Both the position numbers and the translations under genes were made by a program. A DNA stretch of 64,000 nt from contig NW_002060944.1 of assembly GCF_000150275.1 (NCBI RefSeq), positions 7,950,735-8,014,734 on the forward strand. The letters are read 5' to 3'. This DNA comes from Trichoplax adhaerens. Lineage: Eukaryota > Animalia > Placozoa. Positions 27,836 to 41,505 of the stretch are shown here, piece by piece (positions within the stretch are counted from its first letter, which is position 1; every line of letters starts with the position of its first letter). The notes under the pieces are model-generated. The model saw only the letters and a program-made list of their open reading frames with translations, was not told where the DNA came from and did no database searches.

Positions 27836-29215
27836 TTATGAAACATTGACTCTTCCACTGGTGCCAGCTAACGTTACCATGATTACGACCGTGACAGCAA
27901 GAAGGAAAATTACAGCTTTGCCGCTGAAGTGTTCCATGTTGTAGAAGAAAACAATCCACATAAAAGCGATAAATAGCACAAGTAGAGGAATAAACAATTT
28001 ACTTAGATCCAATTCTTGCGATTCCTCTTGTGGTTGGCTTTGTTCCTGGCTTGCTGATTGTTGTTGCCCTTGGCGAAAACCTCGAACAGCATGGATATTG
28101 GAATGATTAGTAATATGATAAGCAGCAAGTGTCCTAATACTGTCGCGTAATTCATATCCACGGTAAATTAAGCGTACAGACGCACCAGCAGCAAGATCTT
28201 GCGGGAAAGCTATCCTATATGGAAGAAAGGGTAATTGTTGATTATGATATTCTAGGATAGTGTATGTAATTTTCTAGTTAGAAGGATTTCTGAGCCTTAA
28301 AAAGTACTGTAATCAATGCAGTTGGACACATTCCAACTACTCAGTACAAGGGTCCATGCAGCTAATTTCTCATATTTTATTGAGCACAGCCTAGCTAAGT
28401 ATAGTTACGTACTAGTACATGCAATTTGAAGTTATCAATTCCATCCGATAATATTTTTAAGAGACAAGGCTAGGTTGAAAGATAGCTAGCTTTTTGGAGT
28501 TATCAACTGTTTTTTTTTCTTTTGATGAATTAGACTGAAAGTAATGCAAGTACTGATGGCAAAGACTATGAATGAGAAGGTTACAGAGAAATAGCTAGGT
28601 TCATTCATAGCATCCTTGTCCAACTATTCAAATTAATACTCACTCTTTCAACTCGCCAACAGTTGCCATTGGATTAGCAGACACTACTTTCCTGCTCTGG
28701 TCTAACATGACAATGGTTAAAGTCCAAGTTTGATTGGGATCATTTTGTTGTGTCTGATTATTATTAGAACGACTTCTGAGCGATGTATCAGGCTGCGTTG
28801 AATAGCTAGCAGCAGGCGTTGTTGTACTCGTATTGGGAGTTTGATGAATTTGTGATGGATGAGTTTGTGTATCACGATTGTTGAACAAGTTGGTATGATA
28901 GGTATCACCAGTAGAAGGAGTAGATGGTTGATCATGGAGATTAGATTGCATAGGATGATCTGTAGACTGAGTATTTTGCTGCCTTTGCGAATGATTCGCA
29001 GGGATACGGATTAAATCATCCGTGGATTGATTTGGGTCCACTTCATCGCTATTCCATTGGCTATTTTGACCAGTCATTGTAGCTTGAGGAATTGGCAGTG
29101 TAATGCGATGATTATTGGATGATTTGACAGCCCACAAAATGACCGCAGCGCAGAACAAGGCGACAGTGCCTATGGATAACAGGACTTCATCATCAATGCC
29201 TTCGATGACCGCCAT
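27836..29215 (-). CDS. TMUB: Transmembrane and ubiquitin-like domain-containing protein (TMUB1/2 family), ~316 aa; exons 29215-28644 and 28214-27836
   Basis: N-terminus MAVIEGIDDEV plus a TM helix (compare TMUB1 MTLIEGVGDEV). Ubiquitin-like domain (TVGELKEIAF...VRLIYRGYELRD...TLAAYHI...IHAV) and two C-terminal TM helices. Confidence 0.9.
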
Positions 29216-29259
29216 ATTGGAGAAGTTGCTAAAGAATCTGCAGTCAGTCAATGACGTCA
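29208..29259. promoter_or_regulatory. Perfect CRE (TGACGTCA) upstream of the TMUB start, plus a YY1-type motif overlapping the ATG
   Basis: TGACGTCA at 29252-29259. The minus strand reads CAATATGGCGG across the start codon. Confidence 0.5.
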
Positions 29260-29369
29260 CCGTGCAGGGTGTCGAAGCTTACCGGTGGCTCATGGATCGC
29301 TAGATGCCCTGTGGTGAGACGATAACAGTGTACTGTACAGTACTGTACAGCAGCTTTACTTCATTTTTG

Positions 29370-29765
29370 TACTGTAGAATACAGTATAACATGTTCAAGA
29401 TGGTGCCGAGTCAACTACGGAATACATGTAGAACGGAAAGCGGATGCGCACTTGAGCTCCTCGCGGATTGCACCTGCGTATTTCTTTCATGCCGCAACAG
29501 TGGGCTAACTATGGAACATGATACTGTACTGTACATACACTCAGTGTACACTGTACAGTAGCTTTGCTTCATGCTTGTACAGTACTGTACAGTAGAATGT
29601 AAAGTCAAGATGGTGCCGACTGCCGAGTCAGCTACGGAATGGAATGGAACGCGGATGCGCACTTGAGCTCCTCGCCGACTGCACCTGCGTATTTCTTTTC
29701 ATTCAGCCAAAGTGGGCAAACTATGGAGCATGATACAATACTGTACACAGTGTACAGTACAGTAC
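29370..29765. repeat. Tandem duplication (~210-bp unit x2), GC-rich relative to flanks
   Basis: tcaagatggtgccga...gcggatgcgcacttgagctcctcgc...tgcacctgcgtatttcttt...agtgggc.aactatgga.catgatac repeated at ~29395 and ~29606. Confidence 0.9.
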
Positions 29766-30073
29766 ATTACAGTATTCAAGGTGGCTGTACAGTACTGTAT
29801 TAAGAGTATGCTCGTTGCTGCTCATTCTACGCTTGACCAAGTTGTTCATCTCCATTTTTCGTCCAGCTTTGGAAAGAGTCTATTGGCTATCATCAAGACG
29901 GTGATGCCCACTGAAATACTGTGATAGCTCTACTGTGTCCCCAAAATCGCTTAAGGAGTTGTTATGAAAGGAAAAGAACCTGAGAAAAATGTGTCCAACC
30001 TTTCCTAGCTCGAATAGGGTACACAGTACTGTACAGTATGATACACTTTATTACGCCAAGGGGCACAGTATAC

Positions 30074-30428
30074 AGTAGGCTGTTGACGAGTTGGGCAACC
30101 ATGGGTTGATACACGGACTATAATAGTACTGTACCGTACCGTGCCAATTGCTCAGGACCAGTACAGTGCCCCACTTGCTCATGCTCATAATTGATATACG
30201 GACCGTAATAGTACTGTACCGTACCGTGCCAACAGCCCAGGACCAGTACAGTGCCCCATTTGCTCATGCTCATAAGGACATTTTTAAAAGGCATACTGTA
30301 GGCTGTTGACGAGTTGGGCTACCATAGGTTGATATACGGACCGTAATAGTACTGTACCGTACCGTGCCAATAGCTCACGACCAGTACAGTGCCCCATTTG
30401 CTCATGCTCATTAGGACATTTTAAAAGG
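30074..30428. repeat. Three-copy tandem repeat (85-135-bp units)
   Basis: Core ttgata.acggac..taatagtactgtaccgtaccgtgccaa...gaccagtacagtgcccca.ttgctcatgctcat occurs three times. Copies 1 and 3 also carry gtaggctgttgacgagttgggc. Confidence 0.92.
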
Positions 30429-31087
30429 GAAAGGACTGGAGAAGAAAGAAAGCCGCGGATGCCATGACGATAATGGCGAATGGAGTCAATAGGCATTTGT
30501 TTAAGCCCAGTACAAGCAGTATGGAATGGGAAAAATAAAAAAGTCCTGCAGGCATTTTGTATTGAAACTGTCATTATCGAGTATTATACCCTTGTGTATC
30601 CATCTAATCAACGTTCATAATAGGACATTGATTTTCTCTTGATTGGATTGCCTATTCAGCCAGGACAACGATCTGACGGAGTTAGCAAATCGATTCCATT
30701 CCATTTCTATCTTGGGCCATCGTAGCGACGAGGAGACCAGTGGCAGTCGTTCAAGCCATTCTTCAAGAGTCAATTGCTACCTTCAAGGCTTTACTTGACC
30801 GACAATTTAATTTAATTTGTTATCCTATCGTATTAAGTCAACCCTTCTACTTGAAAAGTGAAAAGAAATCGATTCAGCCAGAAAATTTCAATTCATACGT
30901 TGGCGTCGTTGAATGTCCAATATTTGGATATCTCTCCTATATCCCCCCCCCCCCGTCTTTCGTCATTAGGATTGCATTTTTCCACGCTTTGCTGACATCT
31001 TTATCCACAACTCTATTTTAGACACTTTAACCATTCCATAAACTACCTCCATTGTTGGCCTTATAAGCGACATTCTACAGTTCCAGC

Positions 31088-34000
31088 ATGTTATCGGTAA
31101 GAACGAAACTACCATTTCCACTTGCTCGTGCCATTGACTGTCGATGCATAAATAGGAATAGTTGATGGGAAAATTTTTTATTTTCCTGTTATTTTAATGA
31201 CGGGGGCGATATCGTCAATGGACTGTAACTAAATTCGATACCAATGACTCTGTAGATGGGAGAAAATGAGAGATTGATTGATTGATGATATTGATAGTAT
31301 AGTTATTATTATATTTCAATGATATTCAAAATGCGACTCTACTTGCCCTTGAGAATTCCATTCTCACTAGCAGCAATGACAGTAACATGATGGTAGTTGC
31401 AATATCTTTTTATCCTGATGAAGGTTTTGCCTTTTATTCGATATGAAAAGTATAAATACCAGAGAGTGATGGTACGACTGTCATGGATTGATTATAAATG
31501 TAAGAAAAAAGAATATTTCAACCTTTACTAAATCATTATAATTCGTACAACTTTGACTTTGCTCCTCAATAACAGTTTGAGTGCAATAAATAAGAACAAT
31601 CCAGCTTGACCATGGTATGAATCAATAGACACCAACTACAGTATATTGCTAACTTTGATTTATAATTATCACAACTTAGACGCTGTGTTATAGTCATGAC
31701 CGATTGAAAACTTCAAGTTGTCCGAAAAATTATCGTCATCATCTTTCCATAGCTTTTATACTCTTTTGAAGAGAATCGCAGCTTGACTAGTCCGATTGCA
31801 ATATACTGTGTGCTGTAAATACTCTACTTTTTCATCGACGAGAAATTGAATTTCCTTTTTCTCACGTTTTCACTTTTTTTTGATTTTTATTTACTATCCG
31901 TTGAGTAGCTACCATCAGTATAGGATGTAATCTCCCATCAGTAATGTACAATAAATTAAATCGTTGCTACTATTTACTTTTACTGCGCATACTAGCTATC
32001 GATCCAAAACAACATTCCTTCTGAACTCATTAATTTCTCTTTCCTCTATTTTGGGGGCACTTTTCTCTTTTTATTCACTTCTTATCACAAATACTGTACT
32101 CTAGAAGAACTATTATGGCCTTTCAGCATTAGCAATTTTCTGTAATAATGACAGGCTTGCAAGAAATGAAATTGAAGTCAATATCCTCCTAGCGAACATA
32201 TTGTACTGTACAGAGTCTATCGTTGTAGGTGATGTAGTCATTACGCAAATATCCGTTTACAATGTCGTAAATAAAATGCTGCGATATCATTCTCTGTTAT
32301 ATTTTCTGTAACCCTTGCAGTTGGTATATTGTCAAGTAAGAAATCAAACGGTAATGATGAAAAGATTAACACTAAGCTCCCATCAATTACGAATCATACA
32401 ATCTTTTCAATAATATTGAAATTGACCACGGTATTTCGCTCACTCAAAGTAGACTCTTTCTATGCAAAAGTTGATCAAAAAATAAAATTATCTCTAATTT
32501 CACGATTCTTTACAGCTATATTGACATAACTGCGTATTACAGTACAATATACAAGCCTGCACAATATCAGGAGCTATCTTGAACATTGACTTTTTGTTGA
32601 TTTTCGATTAATTTATAATTGAATTCGTGAGCAAATATTGTGTAAGTGCAGTCAACCACAAGTGATTACTTTATATTAGCAGACTGTAAATCAGATGGAA
32701 AAACCCATAGATTGCTGTCTATGATACATTCTTAATCCACAGTTTAACCAATATCTTTCTATGAATGATTCAATCATGTAAATCCTTCGTTATTTTATTC
32801 GAGTTGTAAAATGGAATTCATTTGATCAAGTGTGTCTATCTAACATTTAAAATATCAATCAACCAGGATGATCACAACAATAGCGTAAATTTTCAATACT
32901 TTAGATCATTTCTACCTACTGTAAAGCATATTATGGACTACATTTACTTCTATTTTTTTTTAGTATTTGAGCTCACTAAAGTAAGTAATAGCCAAAGTTT
33001 AGTTATTATTACAACCGCCCATAAAATAGAGAAATTTTTTCTACTCGTGTTTTCCTTTGTATATGTTCATATATATAATCACAATCTTAAGTTTGACGAT
33101 TATCATTTTTATTTTTGGATATCTATATATACAGTACAGTACGTCAGGGTCAGTACACGTAGGCTACATATTTTCATCATTTATTACCCTTATCGCTACT
33201 TGTTTTTATTATACGAAATTATTGCTCAGTATATAGCGATAGCTGTACATTATTTAGCTTTCCTATCTGCGGAAATCTGTTGTTATCACATTGTTGATGA
33301 GCTTGTTATGCGTATGTAAATATCTTAGTACAGAAGCAAAAATAGAACTAGATACAACATAGCAATCACTGACTAAAAGGTCAAGTAGTTCTTGAGGCAA
33401 TTATGGCAATGACTTGATTCACGATGGGGGATAAAATCGATTTTCGTGAAACGGTCTTTATAGCTCTGAACGCGATAATATTGTTACAAGACGATTGCCA
33501 AGGCATTCAATTCCAACGTTAAAATGATCTTTGTCCATCACGATGGCAATACAATAGGATTTTTCCTATCACAAAACAGGATATCTAGTCTACTTCAAGG
33601 AGGGTTAATTTAATAGATTGATATAATGATGACACGGTATCATTGGAGGCTAAAAAAATTGTTGTATCTATGTTGTATCTTATAAACGGCCATCGTTACG
33701 TTTTCTTGAACGTACTGCCTTGTTTTAATATATTGCCCTAACTTCATGATGATGTTTACGTATACTGGCTCACGATTCAATCTGTTAATAGAATCAAGAA
33801 AGGTAAGCAGCACAGTATACAGTACCACAGTAGTATGAAAAGTCCATAATAGTATAATGATAACGTAATTTCATCCTGTTTTTCATAAAAAATGTAATGT
33901 CGATATCGTCTCTCTATTGATTGATGTACCTGATGCCTAGTATGATTAAAGCATACTTCACCGCGTATGATGTACCTTTAATGTAGTAGGAACTTTTCAT

Positions 34001-37000
34001 TCTTTTTCTTGTAATTGCGCCAGATTTTACCTACGTGGACTTTCCTGCATATTTAATGTTGGATACCTTACATTATATAGCCCATTATGCAGTATGTACA
34101 GTACTACATTTAGGAAAGCGTCGTCTTCATACAATACTACTGATGCTTATTGTTATTAAAGTGAGCAAATATAGCACATGAGTGCCTTAATCCACAATGA
34201 AATTGGATTGCAATGGTATCGAATTCGTATTGGCAAGATTTTGCTCAAATTTTGTACTCTAGGCACAAATATTACTGTAGTTACATCATCGACCAACTTT
34301 ATGTCATTGCATGCACGGCATATACTGTGCTTTTGCAGATTAGCTTATACTGTGCCTGTAGGTGATAGAATGATCTCTTCTCCTCAAAATATCTCCTCTG
34401 ATTAGTCGTTAATTAATTGATGTTTTACTTTAGATCCGACCTCTAAAGTAAGAGGATTTGTAAGGTCATCCTATTCTTTCGGATATTCTATAGTGTGTCT
34501 GTCCTAAGCCTATTTTTCGACAATAGTAATTAGGCATTTGGCCATCAAGAATAGCTAGAAGGTTGATTGTCCTGGTACTGTGACTGCAACTAAAATGTTA
34601 ACCTCCCTATATACTGTACGTATGTAGCAATGTTTCCAGACCTCACTACAAAAGTTTTTATTTTTCAATGCCTACTTGACGTACTGTATATCAGAAGGTA
34701 TAAGTGATGTAAGATACTGTGCCGTACTGTTACTACTGTCGATTGTAAATTGCTACTCAAGCAGTTAATCAGCAGTAAATTCCAGCTCTTTTTTTAATTG
34801 ATCATGGCCAGTATTTTTAGATCAAAATGTTGAACGTTCTTTACCTATTGTCTGGAAATAGCGATATTCTATTGTTTGCCTTTTTCTATTACAATCTTAT
34901 CTTATCATATATGATTGGTTATTCTCTAATACTGTTATACTCTCTTTACATCAATGGAAGAAAAACACTTTTTACTGTTGCTTTTGTCCATCTGATTTTC
35001 GTTTATTCGTTTTATTTATTTACTTCTTTAATTTATTGCCTACCAACGACGCAATTTTTGGTGAGAATTTGTATATCCCTTCTCAATGTCACCATGTCTA
35101 TACAATGCATATGCGATCAATCCGTTACTGTACCGGTCCAAAATTGATAAATTGTTCAATTTATAGTTATTGAATACGCGGCAAAATACGATCAGGAATC
35201 AGTCATCTCATACAGACTCTTGACAAACCTTAGGGCAAGATTAAAAGTATGCTGCTGATTAATGTAACTATCGAAGATTTTACTTTAATACAGCTACCTC
35301 ACTTGATCAACTCGAAATACTAACGTAAATGACTTGCTAATCGCAAACCACGTTTAGTTGTACGAGATTATTCCTGCTTTCGATGATATCAAGTAAAATG
35401 TAATGCTGTAACTTACTGACGTTTTCTGCTAAATGCTAAGATGATATTGTATGGGTATTAGTGATTTATGATGACTACGCTATGAAATTAACATTGAGTT
35501 AAAAACAAATAGTAGTATTGCCGCCATCTGATCATAGAGTACCACCAATAACAAACTGTTAAATAAATATATTTCCTTAATTAATCACTCTTATGCCGAA
35601 TTACTCTTTGCAAAATGAAACTTGTGTTGACATTGAGGTTGATCAAATAGTGATACAACTACAAAAATGAAATTATTTTACTGATGCATGCTTAGCCGCT
35701 AATTTATCGATTCTCTTCCTTTGAAATAGCAAATCTTTTTTGTTGTAATAGGTTATAATTTTCAATTTCTGTATACGATAGGACAGTTGGTCCATGATAA
35801 AATTTTATATGAGAATACTGCATATTAAAGAGTTCTCATACTGTACAGTACACGTAGTAGTTTCATTTTTATCGCGATAAAATTAACCCGTGATCATATT
35901 CCATTTTCTATGTTTATCACTAAGGAAAAGTTAGTTAACGTATACTGTATACTTGCAGCTATGTATCTTTCCTTCAATTAGAAGACAATAACCGATTGTA
36001 TTTTTTATCCTCGATCCTCATAGGAGGAGTTAGAAAAGTCAATGAAAATTTTTATTGGTGGATTAAGTTTTGATACCACGGATGAGACACTTCGAAATTA
36101 CTTTGCTAAATATGGAGATATTGCTGACAGTGTAGTGATATGCGAGTCTGGTTCAAGGAAACCGAGAGGTTTTGGATTTGTTACCTATAAAGATGTAACT
36201 AGTGTTAAGAATTGCTTAGCTGGTATACCTCACCAGATTGATGGTAAAACTGTTGAAGTCAAGCATGCAGTACCAAGAGAAAGTAATGAATTAGCAGCAC
36301 CTCATGAACGACGCTCTAAAAAGATTTTTATTGGTAGGTCAATAGTCTATTTCCATTATTAGTACTAGCCGTAATTATGAATTGTAACTGGTGCCCTGTT
36401 CTTGTTAAAATATGTCCGCATATAAATTCCTACTATTGACTTCCAGTCTCCTATCATCTACATACATATTAATTACTAATAATTCATTAATATACTAGGC
36501 ATTTATAACAACATTTGTCGCATTAATTAGACATTAAAGTTTTTAAGGAGTAGATTCACGAATTTTTAAAAATTCTATAAACTTCTGCAAGAATATCATA
36601 TTAACCATTTTTTAACTTATCATACGCGTAGATTATTCTTAGCGGTACAATAACAGAATATGCTATTTTCATTCTTTTTTTCTTCCAATACCCCATCAAG
36701 GTGGACTTGGAGCATCAACTACTGAAACTGAAATTCGCCAGTATTTTAATCAATTTGGTAAAATATTGAATATCGATCTGAAAAAAGATCGTGACACCAA
36801 TGTTTTAAGAGGTTTTGGATTTGTAGTATTTGAAGCCGAAGACTCTGTAGATAAGGTCTTAACTGCTAGGTGAGATGATGAAAGTAATTTTTTCTCTAAT
36901 TTTATCTTGAATCTGTTGGAATTGTACTGTAGCAGCAATGATTAGGCGCAGTTTTGAACATACACATATTTTAAAAAACAAAAGTGCACGGTAATATTCA

Positions 37001-37958
37001 AATTCAATATCGTAAGTATATTAACATTCATACTACAGTGATATCTACAGTATACTGTATCTAAATCAATTGTCATAGATACTTCTATGTGGGTACTGTA
37101 ATTGCTTATTGGATTAATGATGATCATATGTTAAATTACTCTATTTAACATGTTAGATACCATGATGTCGGTGGTCGCAAAGTTGAAGTTAAGAAAGCTG
37201 AGCCACGTAGTGCATTAAGTACCAGTAACAATAACGGTATAGGGCGATTTCCAAGAATGGACACCAATGATACCTACCCATCAGATGGCTACTTCAAATG
37301 GGATGGAAGAGTACGTGAAAAGATTTCCGGCTATTTGGATCGACATGGACCTTTAATTGCTAATGCACAAAGTGATAACAACCTATCATTTGTAAACGGA
37401 TATGATGATCATCGTTTCTCACCGAATCATATCGATAGTGATGAACTACTGCACAAAGGCGGAGCAATATATCGTCGTCAACCTGAAAGACCTTCTCGCG
37501 TTGATTGTGATGTTCCATACAATTCTGACTTAGTTTTCGATGCAAACTTCTCTAATTATCCCGTAAATAGTATACAGTACGACCAAGTACGAGATCTTTA
37601 TGATCTAGATGCCAATAACTATAATGTCAATCCGCTACCAAGAGACTATCATCGTTCTTTACCATTGTATAGTAAACAACCCAGCGGAAGGCCTGATGGT
37701 AACCATAATAATGTTATCGCGCGTCAAGCTGGTGGCTGCCAGCGGCATTTGTCAAGACTCCATTACGACTTTGATAGAATGCCAGAACACGATGGAAAAG
37801 AAGCCATGGTAGGAAAGATTTCTTCTGAACGATTACCTTATGACTTTCAGCCAAATCTATCGCGTCGTCATAACTCTAATAGGAGGCAATCAAGGTTAGA
37901 TCATCCCCAAGCAAGCGGTGCTACCTACAAAGGTATTCGTAGGGCCTACCCATACTAG
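31088..37958 (+). CDS. Two-RRM RNA-binding protein (hnRNP A/B/D-DAZAP1-Musashi class), ~429 aa; coding exons 31088-31096, 36024-36333, 36701-36869, 37157-37958
   Basis: RRM1 (KIFIGGL...RGFGFVTY...HQIDGKTVEVKHAVPR) and RRM2 (KIFIGGL...RGFGFVVF...HDVGGRKVEVKKAEPR). C-terminal RRAYPY fits a PY-NLS. The first coding micro-exon (ATG TTA TCG|GTAAGA) is inferred; an alternative start is ATG 36042. Confidence 0.88.
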
Positions 37959-40900
37959 AGCTAATCATTGCTTGATATCCAATTTACTTCTTACAAAAAA
38001 ATTTTGACTGAGAGATTAAATTCAATTACAACCTTCAAGAAACCTTCTTAACATCTGACTTGGATAAATTTTCCTTATGAATCAGTCAGTTAATTATTTC
38101 TGATATTGACTATTAGACACTTACTAAATTGCAACGCTATTGGTAGTAGTACGGTACACCTATCGCATATTTAGATATTTAGCGTAATCAACTTAACGTA
38201 GCATTGCTTCCTATATCGAATGCAATAGACTGCATCAAATATCTGTTTTACTCGTTAGAGGTCAAAATTATTTAGCATGACAATGTATTGAAAGAAATAG
38301 ATAAATTCATTACTGATATTGATGTTGACTAATAATGCAACTTCAACAAGTATACTCGTATCAAAAAATTTTTACTATAAAAAATGTTGTTAAAATTTGA
38401 CATGAAATGAAAATTATTATTTATTCCTGATTACTGTGTAACTAGTTCTGTTATTATTACGACAAAGTGTCGACCATTATGATTCAAAAATTTTTATCTA
38501 TCGTTTATTACCTAAATTAATTCCGCTATCATGTTTGTTTTTAATATCAGATATAATACAAGTTTATTACTAGTCGCTATCTTAAAATCTACTTTTACGC
38601 CTAACAAAGATCTATTGCAATAATGATTGTTGATTCATGCTAATTGCGTATCAGGCTTAACCTTTTGTTACTGTGGAAAGAAAAAGCTTAATTTATTTCA
38701 CTTACATTACTTATCAAAATTTTACATATCCTGTAAACATAAAATCTTCCTTTGACCTTGTTAACATGTGATATAGCCTAAACGCACAACTGAAAGCATA
38801 GCTAAACGTCATATAGACCATTAAAAGTTTATATTTAAGTCACTGTGGTAAGCCTATAATTGCAGATGGATTGTCATCCCCCACAGCTTCGTTATCTTTA
38901 TGATAAATATCTATGGTCTAAATTTTACGATAGTATACTGTAATGTCCTTATTCTGATCTAACAGCACAATTTGAAATTGAATTGTAGTGATTCTTAAGT
39001 ATTAGCTTAAGCTAGCACTCGTATCTACACGCATATAAATGATCATGAAAGTTTTGTATCATGATAAAAAATTACCTTTATATTGTTATTTAATAAATTG
39101 CAGCCTTAAAGAATGAAACAAATCCAGATTTAATTGCGTAATATATGTGAAAAATTTGCTTTCGTTGAACTATCTAAACGGATCAATGTTTAGTATATAT
39201 TATAAGATATCGTAGGAATAATTACAACTACGAATCTTTAAGGAAGGATAAATTTCTTGATCTCTGTATCATTCCATGACATGAAATTAAATATTAGCAA
39301 AAGTAAGCATTTAATACATTTAAAAGAAATGTATACAAAGCATTTGATACGTATGATTTGCAACTAAGCTAGATAGAAAGTCTAATTCAATTAACACGAC
39401 GTATTTGTCATTTTACAAATAAATATACGGGACCTATCATCTCGACAAAATTATAGATAAGAAATTCTACCTGCCTCTATTCGTGTATTTTAGTCTAGAT
39501 TACCTTCATAATTATGCTAATAACTGTTATTACCATTATCAATGCTGTAGCAACATTATCTATCATGCCAAGATCTTTAAGTTACCGTATGTACTGAAAA
39601 AGCTGATATTACAGGTGCTTTCAGGATGCACTTAAGCTTTTGAACCCATGTTACAAATTCCTTCCAAGATAGAGACATGAACATTACGTTACAATATAAC
39701 AATATCTACTAATCTCGAGAGAGTGTGTGCTCGAATATTTACTACTTTCTACAAGTTCAAGAAACATTCGAACAGTAATATCTTAAAGCTAGAAGGTTCG
39801 TCATCAAATCAAATATAAATCCCTTTTCCATCAGATAGATTCCTAAGTAGCTCTCGTAGCCGTGTCTCGGTAAATTATAGCTATTGCTTGCTGTATGATA
39901 TAAATAACGATAGAAAGGAGCTAACTAACTGTCATAAACATGCAAACTGATACATATTTGAATGGATTGCAACGAAACTGACTTATAACGTGCAATTTGA
40001 TTTTAGTTTGTTAATATTGTTACTTTATTAACACTGCTGGTAATTATTTCTTCGAATTCGCTTTATTTCCTCTTTTCTTTCTTAATCATTTCAATACTTA
40101 GGGTTCATAAATGGTCGAAAATTATACCATGCCCATACTGTAGTTTAAGACTACAAAAGATTTTCACTATTGCGACCGTTATACGGTATTTGAAATTAAT
40201 TCTAGATACCACACGCTTATATTTTTAAAGAAAAAAATAGCATATTCCAGTAACCATTAATGTCAATCCCATTATCATTTATGAGTTTGTATACTGTACG
40301 TCTGTACCTTAATGTTATGACCATATGATCGTAAGATCTTAATAAAACATTAAATTAATCAGATCTATATTGGAAACTCTTGTCTTAATCCCAACCATCC
40401 ACCCTAGAAATGAGCAGCGCGGGGGTATTTATACTACTGTTAAATGACTTTGATTATGGGTTCATTTTAATAGGTCAGTATAAGATTCTTACAGTACTTT
40501 TAACCTAAAGATTTCTTCATGTAAAACGAATAGCTCTAAGGTAGTCATTTCTGCAGAGTACTAATTATTAAAATAGTATTCGTTATATCGCTAAGGGTGG
40601 CCACTGGGCCTTTAAATTTTGATTTCATGTAATATTCTGATGAAAATTGAATAAACATAGAATCTTTATAGAGTTCTCTACACAGCCATTTTGATTGTTA
40701 CATTTTCTTATAACGGTTGTTATCGACAGAGCAAGCTTTGCTTGCATACGACAGCGATCCTTAGACACATTATAATGATTGGTATAGAATTGACCACAGT
40801 ACTAAGGACATTCTACCGCACTGTAGATATCTTACAGTACCTGCTAATCTTAACTTGGTATGTCCATCACCATATATTAGTTATCATAATGTGCTCTGGA

Positions 40901-41049
40901 CCATTAACTAATCTTAATATAGCATAGTATATTACTATTACTGGGATATATATAATATCGAATGATAATACTATCTGTTAATTTTATGAACAAATTGACC
41001 ATAAACGTATATTTGACAGTTTTGCTTACCAACCTTATCATAGCATTAA

Positions 41050-41505
41050 TACCGTATATAGTAACCATCCTTATTCAGTAAACATACTAATACGAAAGTT
41101 ACTTAACGAAATTTGAATTGGTATAGAAATGAATGATCTCTAGGATTTATGTAAATATTATTGAGAAGGTAGAAGTGATTGATACACATCAGTAGGTACT
41201 ATTAGTTCTATTGCTCTCTTGCAATTCGTAGTGTTATCCTACTGTAGTTCCCCTGTCCTGATTACTTTTGATTGCTATACTGTATATAGTAACCATCATT
41301 ATTCGGTAAACATACTAATACGAAAGTTACTTAACGAAATTTGAATTGGTATAGAAATGAATGATCTCTAGGGTTTATGTAAATATTATTGAGAAGGTAT
41401 AAGTGATTGATACACATCAGTAGGTACTATTAGTTCTATTGCTCTCTTGCAATTCGTAGTGTTACCCTACTATAGTTCCCCTGTCCCGGTTATTTTTGAT
41501 TGCTA
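41050..41505. repeat. Near-identical tandem duplication (228-bp unit x2)
   Basis: 41050-41277 is repeated at 41278-41505 with only a handful of substitutions. Confidence 0.93.

Noticed and set aside
30074-30428. CRISPR-like array
   Set aside because: Eukaryotic context, no unique spacers and no cas genes; it is a plain tandem repeat.
29304-30574. Short ORFs rich in Y/C/T/V/Q
   Set aside because: Translations of TACTGTA/TACAGTA repeats with no protein-like signal.
32822-35147. Hydrophobic ORFs of 165 aa and 106 aa
   Set aside because: T-rich intronic sequence of the RRM gene; F/I/L/Y bias is expected from composition and there are no motifs.
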